DNA from: Octopus vulgaris
Lineage: Eukaryota
Reading direction: 5' to 3'
DNA length: 64,000 bases
Assembly: GCA_951406725.2 (NCBI GenBank)
Contig: OX597824.1
Coordinates: 48,670,001 to 48,734,000, forward strand
Positions 13,759-27,460 of the stretch are shown in pieces. The notes below the pieces were generated by a model. That model was not told the origin of the DNA, did not search any database, and worked only from the letters and a program-made list of their open reading frames with translations. Numbering within the stretch: position 1 is the stretch's first letter; every line of letters starts with the position of its first letter. The position numbers were made by a program, and so were the translations under genes.

Positions 13759-14214
13759 TCTATTTTTTCTCCTCGTCTTCTAATAGTAATTACCCAACTT
13801 TCTAGGCTCTTCTTACAGCTACCCCGCGTCCAAAAATTATACGGGTATTTAAAAAATTTTCATTCAATAAATAATATATTACGTATACATTAATAGAATA
13901 AACTGTCGGTTTTCCAAATAGCGAATGAAAACTTAAAAGAGAAAGTGAGAGACTTTGTAAATGAGAATGGAATACTCCGCAGTGAATGCAATGAATGTTT
14001 AAATTTACGAGAAATTGGAGTTGAAAAAATTCAAGAAACTTGAGAAATCGAAATTATAGAAACTTGAGAAATCGAAATTTCTTAGAACATGAATTTATAA
14101 AAATATTTCCGGACGGTCAACCCTTTAATAATTGCTTTGTTTTAGTACTTTTAGTAATTGTTACATACCTAATTAATAAGCAGCTTTGTCCATTATAGTA
14201 TAGATATACATACA

Positions 14215-14630
<416 letters not shown>

Positions 14631-14676
14631 TTATATATACATATAGGTATATATACATATAGGTATATATACATAT

Positions 14677-14716
<40 letters not shown>

Positions 14717-14732
14717 GTATATATATATATAA

Positions 14733-14778
<46 letters not shown>

Positions 14779-14919
14779 GTGTGTGTGCGTGTGTGTGTGC
14801 GTGTTTTAAAAAAACATTAACATGCACATGCACACATAAATAAACGAAAGTTGATATGTTGAGTCTGTCGATGATCACTCGAACGATTAAGATGTGATTC
14901 CTTTTTGTGTCGATTTCTC

Positions 14920-15013
14920 ATCCTGAAGAAATATTCAACTCACTATATTCAAAATGGATCGTTAATTTATTATTTGTAATTTGAATGAATTGGATATGGA
15001 AACAATTGTAGGT
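14920..15013 (+). ncRNA. Minimal hammerhead ribozyme motif in the 5' pseudo-LTR
   Basis: atc-CTGAAGA-aatattcaa...ttggatatg-GAAA-c-aatt-GTA-ggt, with palindromic stem III (ACAATTGT) as in PLE minimal hammerheads; the first stem II pair is mismatched. Confidence 0.6.
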
Positions 15014-15264
15014 AGTTTAAAATTGACAATATGTTAATAAATTGATGTTTATCCACCAAACTCTCCTTTTTCTTCTTCTCGTATTAAAAAAATGGAACTA
15101 TACCCATTTATATCGAAATTAACATCTTTTTACTATTTCACCGATACATAGGATTAAACCGGGGTAACTTAGATGCTAACGTCTCTTCAAGAGGTATCTA
15201 TATCCTCACAATAACAAATATAAAATAACTACAAGAGTAATTAATATAACCTTCCACCGGCAAA

Positions 15265-16700
15265 ATGGAAAGAATTGAAACTGGTATATCGATGAAGGAC
15301 ATACCAATTCCAACCCAAAAGGAATTCATCAAGAATCTGATTCAGAAACAACAGAATTCATCAATAGACTCAGGCAGAAAGCATTCTACTTCGACGAGAA
15401 AATAGAAAAACAAAGAATTACTAAAATTGAGGACACAGTACCACTATTGAAAAACTTAAGTACTAAGAAATACACACTACCAAATTTCATCTAACAGGCT
15501 TTGAAGATAAATTGTGGAAAATAGCGAAAAATGTTAAATTTAAGAAATATCCCCCTAGAGAAAATGAACATTTAAGGAAACTTAAATCTATAATCTTGGA
15601 CCTTAAGAGAAAGGATGATATTATTGTACACTCGAATAAGACAAGTAGCATCTAGAATCTAAATATAAACTACTATCATGAACTACTAAGAAAGGAAATT
15701 ACAAAAAGTCATAAGACAGCTAATAAAAATATATTGAGAGCTATCAACTTAATATCCAAACAAATAATGGCCGATTATAAAACGGATGATAGGACTGAAA
15801 TATTCTAAAGGAACACAAGGACAATTTCTATAGTAACCCGAAAGTAAGATTAATTTTCCCTGGTAAATCATACTACGTAAATTGAGAAAAGCTATTATCG
15901 ATAAATACACACCTATACTTAAGAAAGCAATAAAGTTGCAACTTTGGTCTAACACGCACATATTGGTTTAATGGAATCGAAAACAACAAGAGAAATAAAT
16001 TTTTACAAATTGAAATAGATAATTATTTCTCTTCAATTAACCCTATATTACTAAAGAAAGCTATTTTTTGCGAGAAAAACTATGAATGAAATTAACAGAA
16101 TTTTAGCTGCCAGAAAAATAGGTTATTAAATTTGATAACCAATATTGGATTTAAAAGATACTAACGATAGCTTTGATATAACAATGGGATCAGCAGATTC
16201 TTTGCGAGTCACTGATATATTAGGTATATACATTTTATTCAACTTAAGTAAGGAGTTTTCTGAACTTAGGGAGGTTTGTATAGGGATGATGCACTTTTTA
16301 CGCATAAAAACCAATTTAATAGAAAATTGGAATTGTTTAAGAAGAAATTCTATGATTTTTTTAAAAATTGGGACTATCAATTACTATCAAAAAATAAGCA
16401 TGAGTCAGTCAACATCTTATATGTAAACCTTAACCTTGTTACTGAGAAGCATAAATCCTACCATAAACCTAACACTAGCCTAAGATATATCAACACCGGA
16501 AGTAATCATACAAGATCTGTCAAGAATTCTTTGATCTGGAATATATCAGAAAGTATAACAAATCCTTCATCAAACATTGAAATTTTCAACAATAACGTAG
16601 TATATTACAACATGGCATTTAGTTAGACAGGATATAAACAAAAGCTAAAATATTATGCACCGAATGAAAACTACAGTGATAGGAATAACTTAGGTAAAAT
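15265..16700 (+). pseudogene. Penelope-like (Naiad-type) reverse transcriptase pseudogene
   Basis: Track ORFs 16145-16426 and 16276-16626 carry FDITMGS, YRDD and KPN...SNH motifs; many stops and frameshifts. Confidence 0.85.
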
Positions 16701-17544
16701 AACCTAAAATTTAATAGATGTAAAAAGAATAAAAATAGGGGTGAAAATAAATATACACTAAATAACAATGATATCCTACATGCTGAAATTAGTGCGTAAA
16801 ACGTATACAGCTAGAACGATAATAATATAGGACAAATAAACCTAAATGTTAGTAATGAAATCAAAAGACCTAGGACCATATATTATAACAACGTCTTTAA
16901 TGGTAATAATTTTGAATACATAAATAAAAAAATAGAGAAGATTAAAGTCAATAAAGAAATATATACCCAAGACCTTAGTAAATATATTAACACACACAAA
17001 AAAAAAATTTTTTTTAATTGCATATACACATGTAACGGTTTTTTCTTAAAACAACCTTTACCACGCACGCGCACACATAAATAAACGAAAGTTGATATGA
17101 TGAGTGTCGATAATCACTTGATCGATTAAGATGTGATTCCTTTTTGTGTCGATTTCTCAACTCACTATATTCAAAATGCATTTTTAATTTATTTGTAATT
17201 TGAATGAATTGCTTATGGAAACAATTGTAGGTATATATGGCAAGAAAAAGGCGTGTTTGACAGGTAAACATCAAATTATTAACATATGTATAAATATATA
17301 CATATACATACATACATACATTTATATAGACATGTATACGTACATATGTATATATAATAAACATAAATATGACTGCATATATGTATATATATATGCATGT
17401 AATGCATGTATATATATATTAATACTTCTTGGGAGCTATGAAACTCGAAACAGATATAGCTATAATTAATAACATGTAAATGGTGGGTTAAAAAACGCTT
17501 TGGATAGAAGTGGAAGGCTACGCATATACAATATGTGTATACAT

Positions 17545-17606
<62 letters not shown>

Positions 17607-17796
17607 GTTGTGTGTGTATTTGTGTGGTTGTGTGCATGTGTGTGTATGGATTTATGTGCTAATTACTGTTTAGACAGAAACGAAAAAAATCTATTTAAAT
17701 TGAAGCTTCAGTTTCACATAAATACATAAACATTATTACATCTATTGCGGTTTTTTTCTGTGGTTTGTATGCATAAATACATGTGTGTGCGTACGT

Positions 17797-17848
<52 letters not shown>

Positions 17849-18489
17849 ATGTGTGTTTGAGTAATTTCTTTTCTGTTTCTATATCATATAACATAATGTT
17901 CCAACAACTAAAGCCGTCGACTACAAAATTCCATCTGACGTGTTCGCCATTGTTCCTTTGTAGTGTTTATTAATCTGTATTTATCGTTGGAATTCATCTA
18001 ACTGCTGTATTTGTTTCCAATTACGTATTCCTTTGTAGCAGAACATCCCGTGTAGCCCATTACATTATATTAGCATTTCTAGTCATTACACATCATTACT
18101 CGCTCAACATAGCAATTCATTTCTTTTAGACCAATACATCTCACGTTCTTTTAACTCCATATATATTTATGCAAACATTGTGAAATGAGGCGTACAGACT
18201 GTGAGAAACCGCAATGGCTGCATTATGTGAGGTTTTACAACTGTGACATTGTGAGTTCGTGTCCGTTGTTCTGTGGCCTTTCCACCCACTGACCTGACAA
18301 AAGGGCAGCAAAACAAAGTGTTTCCCTTGTGGACACACACAAAATAAACAGTAAATTAGTTAATCGTTTGTTATTTTTGCAGTAATTAGGTCGGAACTTT
18401 CAAAGCGAGCATAAATAAATATGTAATTTTTCCGGCTAAGCACAACGGTATTTGTCCATTAATTTGTTTAACGCTTAATCAGGAAATAA

Positions 18490-19190
18490 GAAGCAGAGCC
18501 TATGACCTCTTTCAAGGCCTTGAAACTGGTGGGAAGTAGGAAGGAAGGTATTCTCAAAACGCAAATTGGCCTGGATGCTTGCAATAAAGTGGACTTAGTA
18601 AATGCAGCAGCTAGATGGCAGTGTTAAGTCTAGAAACATGTGAACCTATCTTTGTGAAGATGAGCTGTCCGGTTATTTTACCAAAACCTTTTTTACAAGT
18701 TAGAGAGAGAAGATTTCCATCCAACAATAGTGATGTCATGGATCCTGCTCCTGTGAGCACAATGGCTAAGATAGCAAACAAATTAATATCGAAAGTTCTC
18801 CTCTTCCTGTAACATCATTAACACAGTTTGCGAATAAGAAGATTTAGGTGACAGAATCAGCTGACATTTGTTGCAGGTGTATCTGGGAAATATAGTCACA
18901 GCATGAAATCAATGGACGCAGTGATGGATTAGGGAGAAATAGTTCACTGTCTTGCTGAATTTTAAAATTCATTGGAACTTTCAAGTCTGCCACCTACACA
19001 GACTTCAGCTGTAAAAAAATTATCCCGAATTATGTTGCGGATCCGTAATGGCAGAAATCTAATTAAGAGGTTTATGCTACATGTCATCAAGAACACTTAT
19101 CTCACTTGGGAGACCAAAGGAGAATATGCCCAACATACCACTCATATCAACATATGTCCCCTTTCCGGAACATTTAAGATTTTCCATGTC
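18490..19190 (+). pseudogene. Helitron RepHel (PIF1-like helicase) remnant
   Basis: TSFKALKLVG, EF*NSLELSSLPP, IMLR..NG..LIKRFMLHVI..TYLT...KGE resemble the Helitron helicase motifs TSFEDLRTVNG, EFLNSL..SGLPPH and NGTRL...HVIEATILTG..KGE. Confidence 0.7.
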
Positions 19191-19697
19191 AATCAATTCA
19201 ATCAATCTCAATGATAAATATTGACAGTTTGAGGAATCTGAATCTTTAACACTTCAACATTCAAATTCTCAAACGTAATGCTTTTTTATTCACATTGTTT
19301 TGAATTAATCATGCATTATCTTGTAACTTCAAGATTCCAATAGTATGTTTGTATATTTTTAGAATTACATTCTGGAGTAGGTGTGAGGTGTTGGACCTGG
19401 CCAGTTTAAACATAAAACAGGTCGAATATTTAGGCCTGATATGGCTGGATTAAATGCTAAATGTTTAAGAGTCCTGCTTTGCTCATTGCCAATTTTGTGT
19501 AGGATGTTCAAGTGTTGGAACCCCAACCAATAATCTCTTTACTTACGTCCCTTTTGGTGAAACAAAAATATTGAGTATCTTGTGATACGGATACGCGTAT
19601 GTTCAGCATTTCCAAGGCTATGAAGGTTACACACTTAATATCATGTACTCTGGTGCTCATCGTAACGCCTTAATATATTTCTATTATTGCAAGTATT

Positions 19698-19895
19698 AAG
19701 GTGGCGAGCTGATAGAGTTGTTAGAGCATCGAAAAAAGTGCGTTGCAGTATTTCTTCCAATTTATTACGTTCTGAGTTCAAATTCAGTCCAGGGTTGACT
19801 TTGCTTTTGGTCCCTTTCGGGGTCGATAAAATAAGTACTAATTGAGTTCTTGGGTTCTGTAATAGACTTAGCCACAAAAATTTGAAGCCATTATT
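19698..19895 (+). mobile_element. SINE family B
   Basis: aggtggcgagctgatagagttgttag...ccctttcggggtcgataaaataagtac...aaaatttgaagcca. Confidence 0.85.
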
Positions 19896-20372
19896 GTATG
19901 TATTGTAAGTTTCAGTTTTTGTGAGTTTTAGACTTTACCCCTCGGCGCTACAGTTTCCGAAAATTGAATAATTGTAATTGGAAGAGCGATTCCCTTGCCC
20001 ACAATTCAGTTTCTAATCATTTACCAAATCATTTTAATAAGTTAAGAAAATTTTTCAAAAAAAGAGGATAAAGTATACATTCTCATTTATTAAACAGAGG
20101 ATTAATGCGGATTTATTTAATCTTGTATTCTGATTTCATTTACTTGAATCAGATACATGCCGTTTATTCAAATAAATTACGAAATATGGCTATAAATATT
20201 GAACGTATATCAGTTCTACAGTGCTTTACACACAGTAATGCCACAAACGTATTGGATGATAATTCCATTTCTACCATAAAAGGTAATTTTTCGTGGGAAA
20301 TCTAATTCTTAATTAAAAACATTTTATAGATCCAACTCAGCTTGGATATCATTGGGTAGCTGCTTGTATATG

Positions 20373-20466
<94 letters not shown>

Positions 20467-20480
20467 CATATATACATATA

Positions 20481-20885
20481 TAGGCGCAGGAGTGGCTGTG
20501 TAGTAAGTAGTTTGTTTACCAACCACATGGTTCCGGGTTCAGTCCCACTGCGTGGCACCTTGAGCAAGTGTCTTCTACTATAGCCTCGGGCCGACCAAAG
20601 CCTTGTGAGTGGATTTGGTAGACGGAAACTGAAAGAAGCCCGTCGTATATATGTATATATATATGTATTGCGTGTATGTTTGTGTGTCTGTGTTTGTCCC
20701 CCAGGCATTGCTTGGCAACCGATGCTGGTGTGTTTATGTCCCCGTCACTTAGCGGTTCGGCAAAAGAGACCGATAGAATAAATACTGGGCTTACAAAGAA
20801 TAAGTCCCGGGGTCGAGTTGCTCGATGAAAGACGGTGCACCAGCATGGCCGCAGTCAAAATGACTGAAACAAGTAAAAAAAAAGA
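20481..20885 (+). mobile_element. SINE family A, full length
   Basis: taggcgcaggagtggctgtgtagtaag (A box), gggttcagtccc (B box), accttgagcaagt CORE-like motif, tail gactgaaacaagtaaaa. Confidence 0.9.
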
Positions 20886-20929
20886 GAATATATATATATG
20901 TGTGTGTGTGTATGCATGTATGTATATAC

Positions 20930-21145
20930 TCTTTTACTCTCTCTTTTACTTTTTTCAGTCATTTGACTGCGGCCATGCTGGAGCACCGCCTTTAGTCGAT
21001 CAAATCGAACCCGGGACTTATTCTTTGTAAGCCCAGTACTTATTCTATCGGCCTCTTTTGCCGAACCGCTAAGTGACGGGGACGTAAACACACCAGCATC
21101 GGTTGTCAAGCAATGCTAGGGGGACAAACACAGACACACAAACCC

Positions 21146-21198
<53 letters not shown>

Positions 21199-21360
21199 GA
21201 CAGGCTTCTTTCAGTTTCCGTCTACCAAATCCACTCACAAGGCATTGGTCGGCCCGGGGCTATAGCAGAAGACACTTGCCCAAGATGCCACGCAGTGGGA
21301 CTGAACCCGGAACCATGTGGTTGGTTAGCAAGCTACTTACCACACAGCCACTCCTGCGTA
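20930..21360 (-). mobile_element. SINE family A, full length, inverted tail-to-tail with the preceding copy
   Basis: Reverse complement of 20481-20885; a further partial copy lies at 21640-21808. Confidence 0.9.
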
Positions 21361-21529
21361 TATATTAAACATATACATGTGTGTGTTATGTATGTATATT
21401 TTGTTTTTGTATTCGATTTGCAAGATTATAATTGACACTATGACACCCTCGACATACAATATATACGTGTGTGTATGCGTGTATTTAAGTATATAACTAT
21501 GTATGTATCTATGCATGTATGTACGTACG

Positions 21530-21578
<49 letters not shown>

Positions 21579-22461
21579 CTATGTTTGGGTTTGGGAATGC
21601 AAACAGATATATAGAACTGAAAACATGAGAATATATTCTTGTATTCTTTTATTTGTTTCAGTCATTTGATTACGGCCATGCTAGAGCACTGCCTCAGTTC
21701 GAACTAATCGACCCCATGACTTATTCTTTGTGAGCCAAGTGCTTATTCTATTGGTCTGTTTTGCCGAACCGCTAAGTTACGGGGACGTAAACACACCAAC
21801 AACGGTTGGCATTGTTACAGAGTGACTCAAGTGCCGAGAGTTTCGTGAGTTGGCACTTATTAATTGCACGAAACTTTCGGCCCTTAAGACACTTCGTAAT
21901 TTCTGCCAATTTTTAATTAAAAAAGCGAATGTATGAAAGTATATATGTATATGTGTGCGCGTGTGTGTTTATATACATATACATATACATATACATACAC
22001 ACACACATGCATGTATGTATTATACACATGCATATTATTCTTTAACAAGAATAGTATCGACAGTGACTATAAGGTTTCGGCCAGCTAACCAATCATCGGA
22101 TTCTGATGTATTAAGTCAATCTTGGTTTTATATAGTCTCTGTTGCAAGAAAATTTGTGGGTTTCAGTTGAATGGTAATTCAGTTTTGTGGTTTATGATGG
22201 AGAGGTGTGGTGGAGAATTTTTTTATATTAAGTTTGGGTTTATGCTATAGTTCAGAGATTATTCATGCGTGTAGAACTTCGTAAACAAGTGTGTATATTT
22301 AGGTACGTCAGCTTCAAGTCATGGGATTGCCAAAGCAAAAAATTAAATGCAATAAAACCAACAATAGCTTAAACTAATGATACATACGTTGACCAAAATA
22401 CTTCCTCTACTTACTTCCTTTCTGTGACGCACTAAAAAGCAATTCCATGGCCTAAAGCTGA

Positions 22462-22552
<91 letters not shown>

Positions 22553-22554
<2 letters not shown>

Positions 22555-23790
22555 TCGTCAAGTATGAAATATGTAGAAAAGGAAAAAAAGTCTGCTAATA
22601 TTTTATAAATACAAGGAACAGTTTTATTCATTAAAGTATGCGCCCATATTGTCAATACACTTTTGCCATTTCAGCGGTAGCTTGTCCAACTGTAAAAGGC
22701 AGGCAATCTAGAGTCAATAAAATCTTGGAAGGCCTGTTTTACAGCATCGTCGGAATTAAATCTTTTTCCTATCAAAAAGTTATCCAAATTCTGGAAGAAG
22801 TGGTAGTCGTTGGGGGGCAAGATCAGGTGAGTATGGTGGATGATGGAGAACTTCCAACACCAACTCCTGCAGTTTCGCCAATGTTATTTTTGCAATGTGT
22901 GGTCTGGCGTTTTCTTGCAATAAAATAGGAGTGGATCTGTTGACTAATCTAAGCTGTTTTTTGTAAGTTTCTGCATCATTTGGTCCAGTTGGCTGCAGTG
23001 TACTTCGGCAGTAATTGATGAGCCAGGTTTAATGAAATCATAATGGATCACACTTGTGCCAGACCACCAAACACATACCATCAGCTTCTTTTGATGAATT
23101 TTGCTTTTTGGACTGTGTTTTGGTGACCGGCTCTGTCCAATCATTGTGCTGAATGTTACGGTTGTTGTACTGGATCTATTTCTCCTCACGTTACAATTCA
23201 ATTCAAATATAATTCATTTTTGTAACGAGAAAGTAGCATAATGCAGGCTTCCAAAGGTTGCTATTTCTGATTTTCTTTGAGTTCATGTGGAACCCACTTA
23301 TCCAGCTTTGAAATAGGTGAGTCAATGTTGTTTGCTTGCTAACACCAAACAACAACGATAATTCACGGGCACTTTGAGATGGATCTGATTTGACGGTGGC
23401 TTTCAGTTCGTCATTATCCACCTTTGTTTCCGGTCGACCACGTTGCTCATTCGTGAGGTGAAAGTTACCAGAACGAAATTTTGCAAACCGATTTGATACT
23501 GTCTACAGTGTAATAACATTAGAATGAAATATTTCATTAATATTCCGAGCTGTCTGTGATGCTGTATTTCCATGAAAGAACTGCACGAATTTCCGACTTA
23601 TCCACCTCTAAACGGAAATAGCAAAAAATGATTTATAAATACTTTATAAAGCGCAAAATGAGTTAGAATAAAGAAATATATGTATCAGCTTTCTAACAAA
23701 AAGATAAAGATTGTCAAAATATAATAATGGTGCAAAATGAGCAGCTGTCAAATTATACTATATACAAATTTAATACTTGACGACCTAATA
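22553..23790 (-). mobile_element. Mariner (DD34D) transposon, near full length, decayed
   Basis: TIRs ggtcgtcaagtatgaaatatgta / tacaaatttaatacttgacgacc in TA context; transposase motifs WVPHEL, HQKKLMVCVWW, ENARPH, HPPYSPDLAPNDYHFF. Confidence 0.92.
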
Positions 23791-23998
23791 CATACCTGTT
23801 TCAAAGTTCTACAGGCATTAATAAATTCTGAACTTCGAAGTCACTGTCAATACTATTATTGCTGAAGAATAATAAACTTGTACACTACAAAAAGTACGGA
23901 GTAACCCTTCGGATTAATGCAAAAGTTGTTTTTACCATAACTGAACATAAAAACAAGCATTAACGCACAAACACACATACACACACATGTGTGTGTGA

Positions 23999-24058
<60 letters not shown>

Positions 24059-24149
24059 ATACACACACACACACACTCACACACATATACATGCATATGT
24101 ATGTGTGTGTGTATGTTTGTGTTTGTGTGAGTGCATTGTGTGCGCGCAC

Positions 24150-24185
<36 letters not shown>

Positions 24186-24279
24186 TTGCCCGTTTATACT
24201 AAATGATTCACTTGTCTATGAAATATTTCCATTTCAGTGACCTTCCTCGATAAAAATTCAAGATGTGTAGAACCAACGA

Positions 24280-24980
24280 GAAAGACTCAACTCAGCTGCT
24301 GAAACTAGTAGAAATAGCAGCCATATCTCCTGAAACTCATCATAAAGTACTAACCTTTAAAAAATGATCTCCACATTAGATAATGTAGTCTTAGATACAC
24401 TATGTCTAATCTCCCTCAAAAAATAAATCACAGTAGTCACACCTGGATTTTGCTGATTATAGATCTGTTTCATTTATTTGCTCTCGGATTAGACAACAGT
24501 AGACTTATTTTTTTCATGTCTTCTCCAAGACAAAAATATGAGTATAATGGTTAAAGGATCATTTTCGTTGATTCCTCTAAGCACCACTTTGTGAGTTGCT
24601 CTCATGCTGGAATGTACATTCTATATATTTTTACTGCTTTTTTTTTTTTTTTCTTAAACACTTCTCAGAATCTGTAAGTCTTGTGGGAGCTGTTGTTTAA
24701 ACTCCAGGCCGGATCTAATCAAATAGGCTTTCATCACTCGGCCGCCATCGTTAGTGCTTTTGCTTAGTTCCAAATCAGCTCTAATCGAGCTGACCTATAA
24801 TCATAAGTTTTCCAGCCATACCCATACAGTCAGTATTTCAGATATACAGTAAAGTATGTATCTTGTACTACATTATGAAATGTCCTTCCATTTTAAAGAC
24901 TGTAATGTGTAGTTTAAGGGAGATTTAGTTGTTATTTCTACAAGATCGTGTGACCAAGCATGAGCTTTTTTGTTGTAGAT
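24280..24980. repeat. Inverted pair of an abundant dispersed repeat (motif tagaaatagcagccaaat...; gggctaaacaacaac tail)
   Basis: The same motif recurs at ~190-300, 29540, 31640, 32680-32920 and 36250-36540 in both orientations. Confidence 0.55.
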
Positions 24981-25014
24981 ATTTTGCTTTGTAATGGTGT
25001 TGATTATGGTGGTG

Positions 25015-25130
<116 letters not shown>

Positions 25131-26299
25131 AAGGATGATGCTACTCCTGATATTCTGATGCCGGTGGTAGAAGCTTTAGCGATATCTTGCTAATTCTTTT
25201 AATATTTCTAGATGTACTTTGAGTAAAGACGATTGAATAGATAAATGGATTCCATTAAAGATTCACACACACACACACAACAGCGTCATCACCACCGCAT
25301 TAATGCACTTATATATGCGTACGGAAGCTATATAAAAGTCTTTAGAAAAAAATGACAACAAGGAAACCAATGAATATTTTAAAATATTATATGGTGGAGT
25401 GAAGGTGGGAAAACGAATTTCATTTTATATATTTATTATTTTTTGTTGTTTCTTTATCTGTTTGGATGACGATCTTATATTTTATTTCATTATAACGCTG
25501 CTGTTGTTGTAGATTTAGTAGTGGCATAGTTGTTGTTGTAATTGATGCTGCTGCAGTTGTTGTTGCTTAAAAAATCATTCTTTTTTCCTGTGACTTTCAA
25601 AAGGTGTCGTCTACAGGTTTAGCAAGCTATAGAGAAATGTTGTTCAAAGTGGCAAAATGTGTGTACTTCAAAATTACTTCCTCAGTAGTATGAATTTAGT
25701 GAATGTGCGTGACCAAGTGGTTGGTTGGTATTCGGCTCATGAGCTTAATGTCATAGGTTCGATTTCAAGATCTGGAGACGCATTGTGAATTGAACAAGGC
25801 ATTGTGAATTGAACAAGGCATTGTGAATTGAACAAGGCATTTCGTTTCACGTGAATCCAGTCTACTCAGAGTTGAAAACGAGCACCAACTGAATACTCTT
25901 ACATCTCTCTCTTCCTCCAGTTGTGCCATCCCGAATGTGCCACTGAGTCAAGGACGAGAAAACCGACCGCGTGTCTATATCTACTCACGGCTACATACAC
26001 GTCTATAACAATTAGCGAAAGCATGTAACATGTTACCAAGTTCTGTTCTTTCTCGAGTGACGTCTGGTTCTTGATTGTGACCTAAAGACAAAGTGATATA
26101 GTTGTTTCTGAGCATGATGGTTGGATCACTCAGTCGGTTTCGACGATGAATCGACAGTTGCTGCATCAATTGAGTTACATTATGCAGTGGGACTACATTA
26201 TACAACGTGTCCTTTATTTTCTAAGATAGGAAAATTTAGACACATAAGGGGAATTTGGTGGTTATATGCAGCTGACCGATTGGCCGCATTGTACCTCTT

Positions 26300-27460
26300 T
26301 AGTTGTTGTTGCTACTTAATTTGTTTAGCCAGTACCCTTGAGCTAAATCTGGTCCTGGACCCTTCCATTTCGACATTTTTCCGAACACTTTACTCATTAA
26401 TGCACTAGTTAGTCTTAGATTTGGCTGCTTTTCGCTCACTATTTCTTCCCTCGCTTTCTTTAACCATACTGCATCTCTGTTATGATTGACTGGCTTATCC
26501 CAAATATTACTCCAGAACTTTCTAGCTTCTTCTGCATTAGGTTTCTCATCTTCAGTACTTCATTTTCCACTATTTATTAGGTTATAAAATCTCCTCTGGT
26601 CTGTCTCAAATTATCTATTCTGTTGTTACTGCTATATTCTTTTCTGTTATCTGGAGAGCTTTTTCAACTTTTCTATTACTGTCCCAAATCCTTTCTCTTT
26701 GACTAAGTATCTTTTCTCAAGAGAAGATTTGCATCTTGTTTCCTAACTTGTTCAGTTTCCAGGCTTCTATTCTACTCAGATCTTATCTTAAAGTCTTCAC
26801 TTTATTTTGGAGTCTCCTTTTCCACATTTGCTCTTTTTCAATCTTTCCCTGTGAGATATCTAATCTTCTAGTGACTACTACCCCTCCTACATAAGTTAGT
26901 GTCTCCTATATTTTTAGTATTTATCCTACCGATAACAGAATCTACTTTCCTAGTCATTTCTAGCAGCTTCCTTGTGTTGGTGTCTTTTAATGCTGGCAAT
27001 CTTTTTCTTACTTCTTTACTCATTACTTCCTGCAACTCATCTAAAATCTTCTGATCTTCCTCAGTTAAATCAAGTAAGTCGATAGTGCCAGTTATCCCTT
27101 CCTAGTGTGCTATTATCATTTGTTCCTTTAAGCTGCTCTTTGGTTTGAGCTGTATCTCTTATGTTGTTGTTTGTCTTTCCTACTGCCTGGCCTCTCTTTT
27201 CCAGTTCTCTTGTGATCTCTTCTACCTCCAATTCTATCATCCACTTTCTTCTAATAGCATTAGCTTGATCTACTAATCTCTGCTCAGTCCCTTTAGACAT
27301 ACACTTCTCTACTCAAAGTGTTAACATCCATTTTCTATAGCCCCTTCTTTTAGGTTCACTTACTAAGTAGCACTGCATCACTATCCTGGTCCACTTCCTC
27401 CTCCTTACTCTATTATCTGTTGATACTGTATTAGGATAACAGCTGTGGTCCATCTGCATC
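26300..27460 (-). mobile_element. R4/Dong-clade non-LTR retrotransposon, N-terminal region, decayed
   Basis: RRKWTRIVMQCYLVSEPKRRGYRKWML, EQRLVDQANAIR, FETDQRRFY, EEARKFWSNIW, GPGPDLAQGYWL; truncated at the start of RT. Confidence 0.75.

Larger units (their letters stand above)
14830..17233 (+). mobile_element. Naiad-like Penelope-like retroelement with direct pseudo-LTRs; decayed, EN domain missing
   Basis: Direct repeats 14830-15013 and 17071-17233 flank a broken RT ORF from ATG 15265 (SMKDIPIPTQKEF..., FDITMGSAD, LYRDD, YHKPN..YINTGSNH). Confidence 0.85.
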
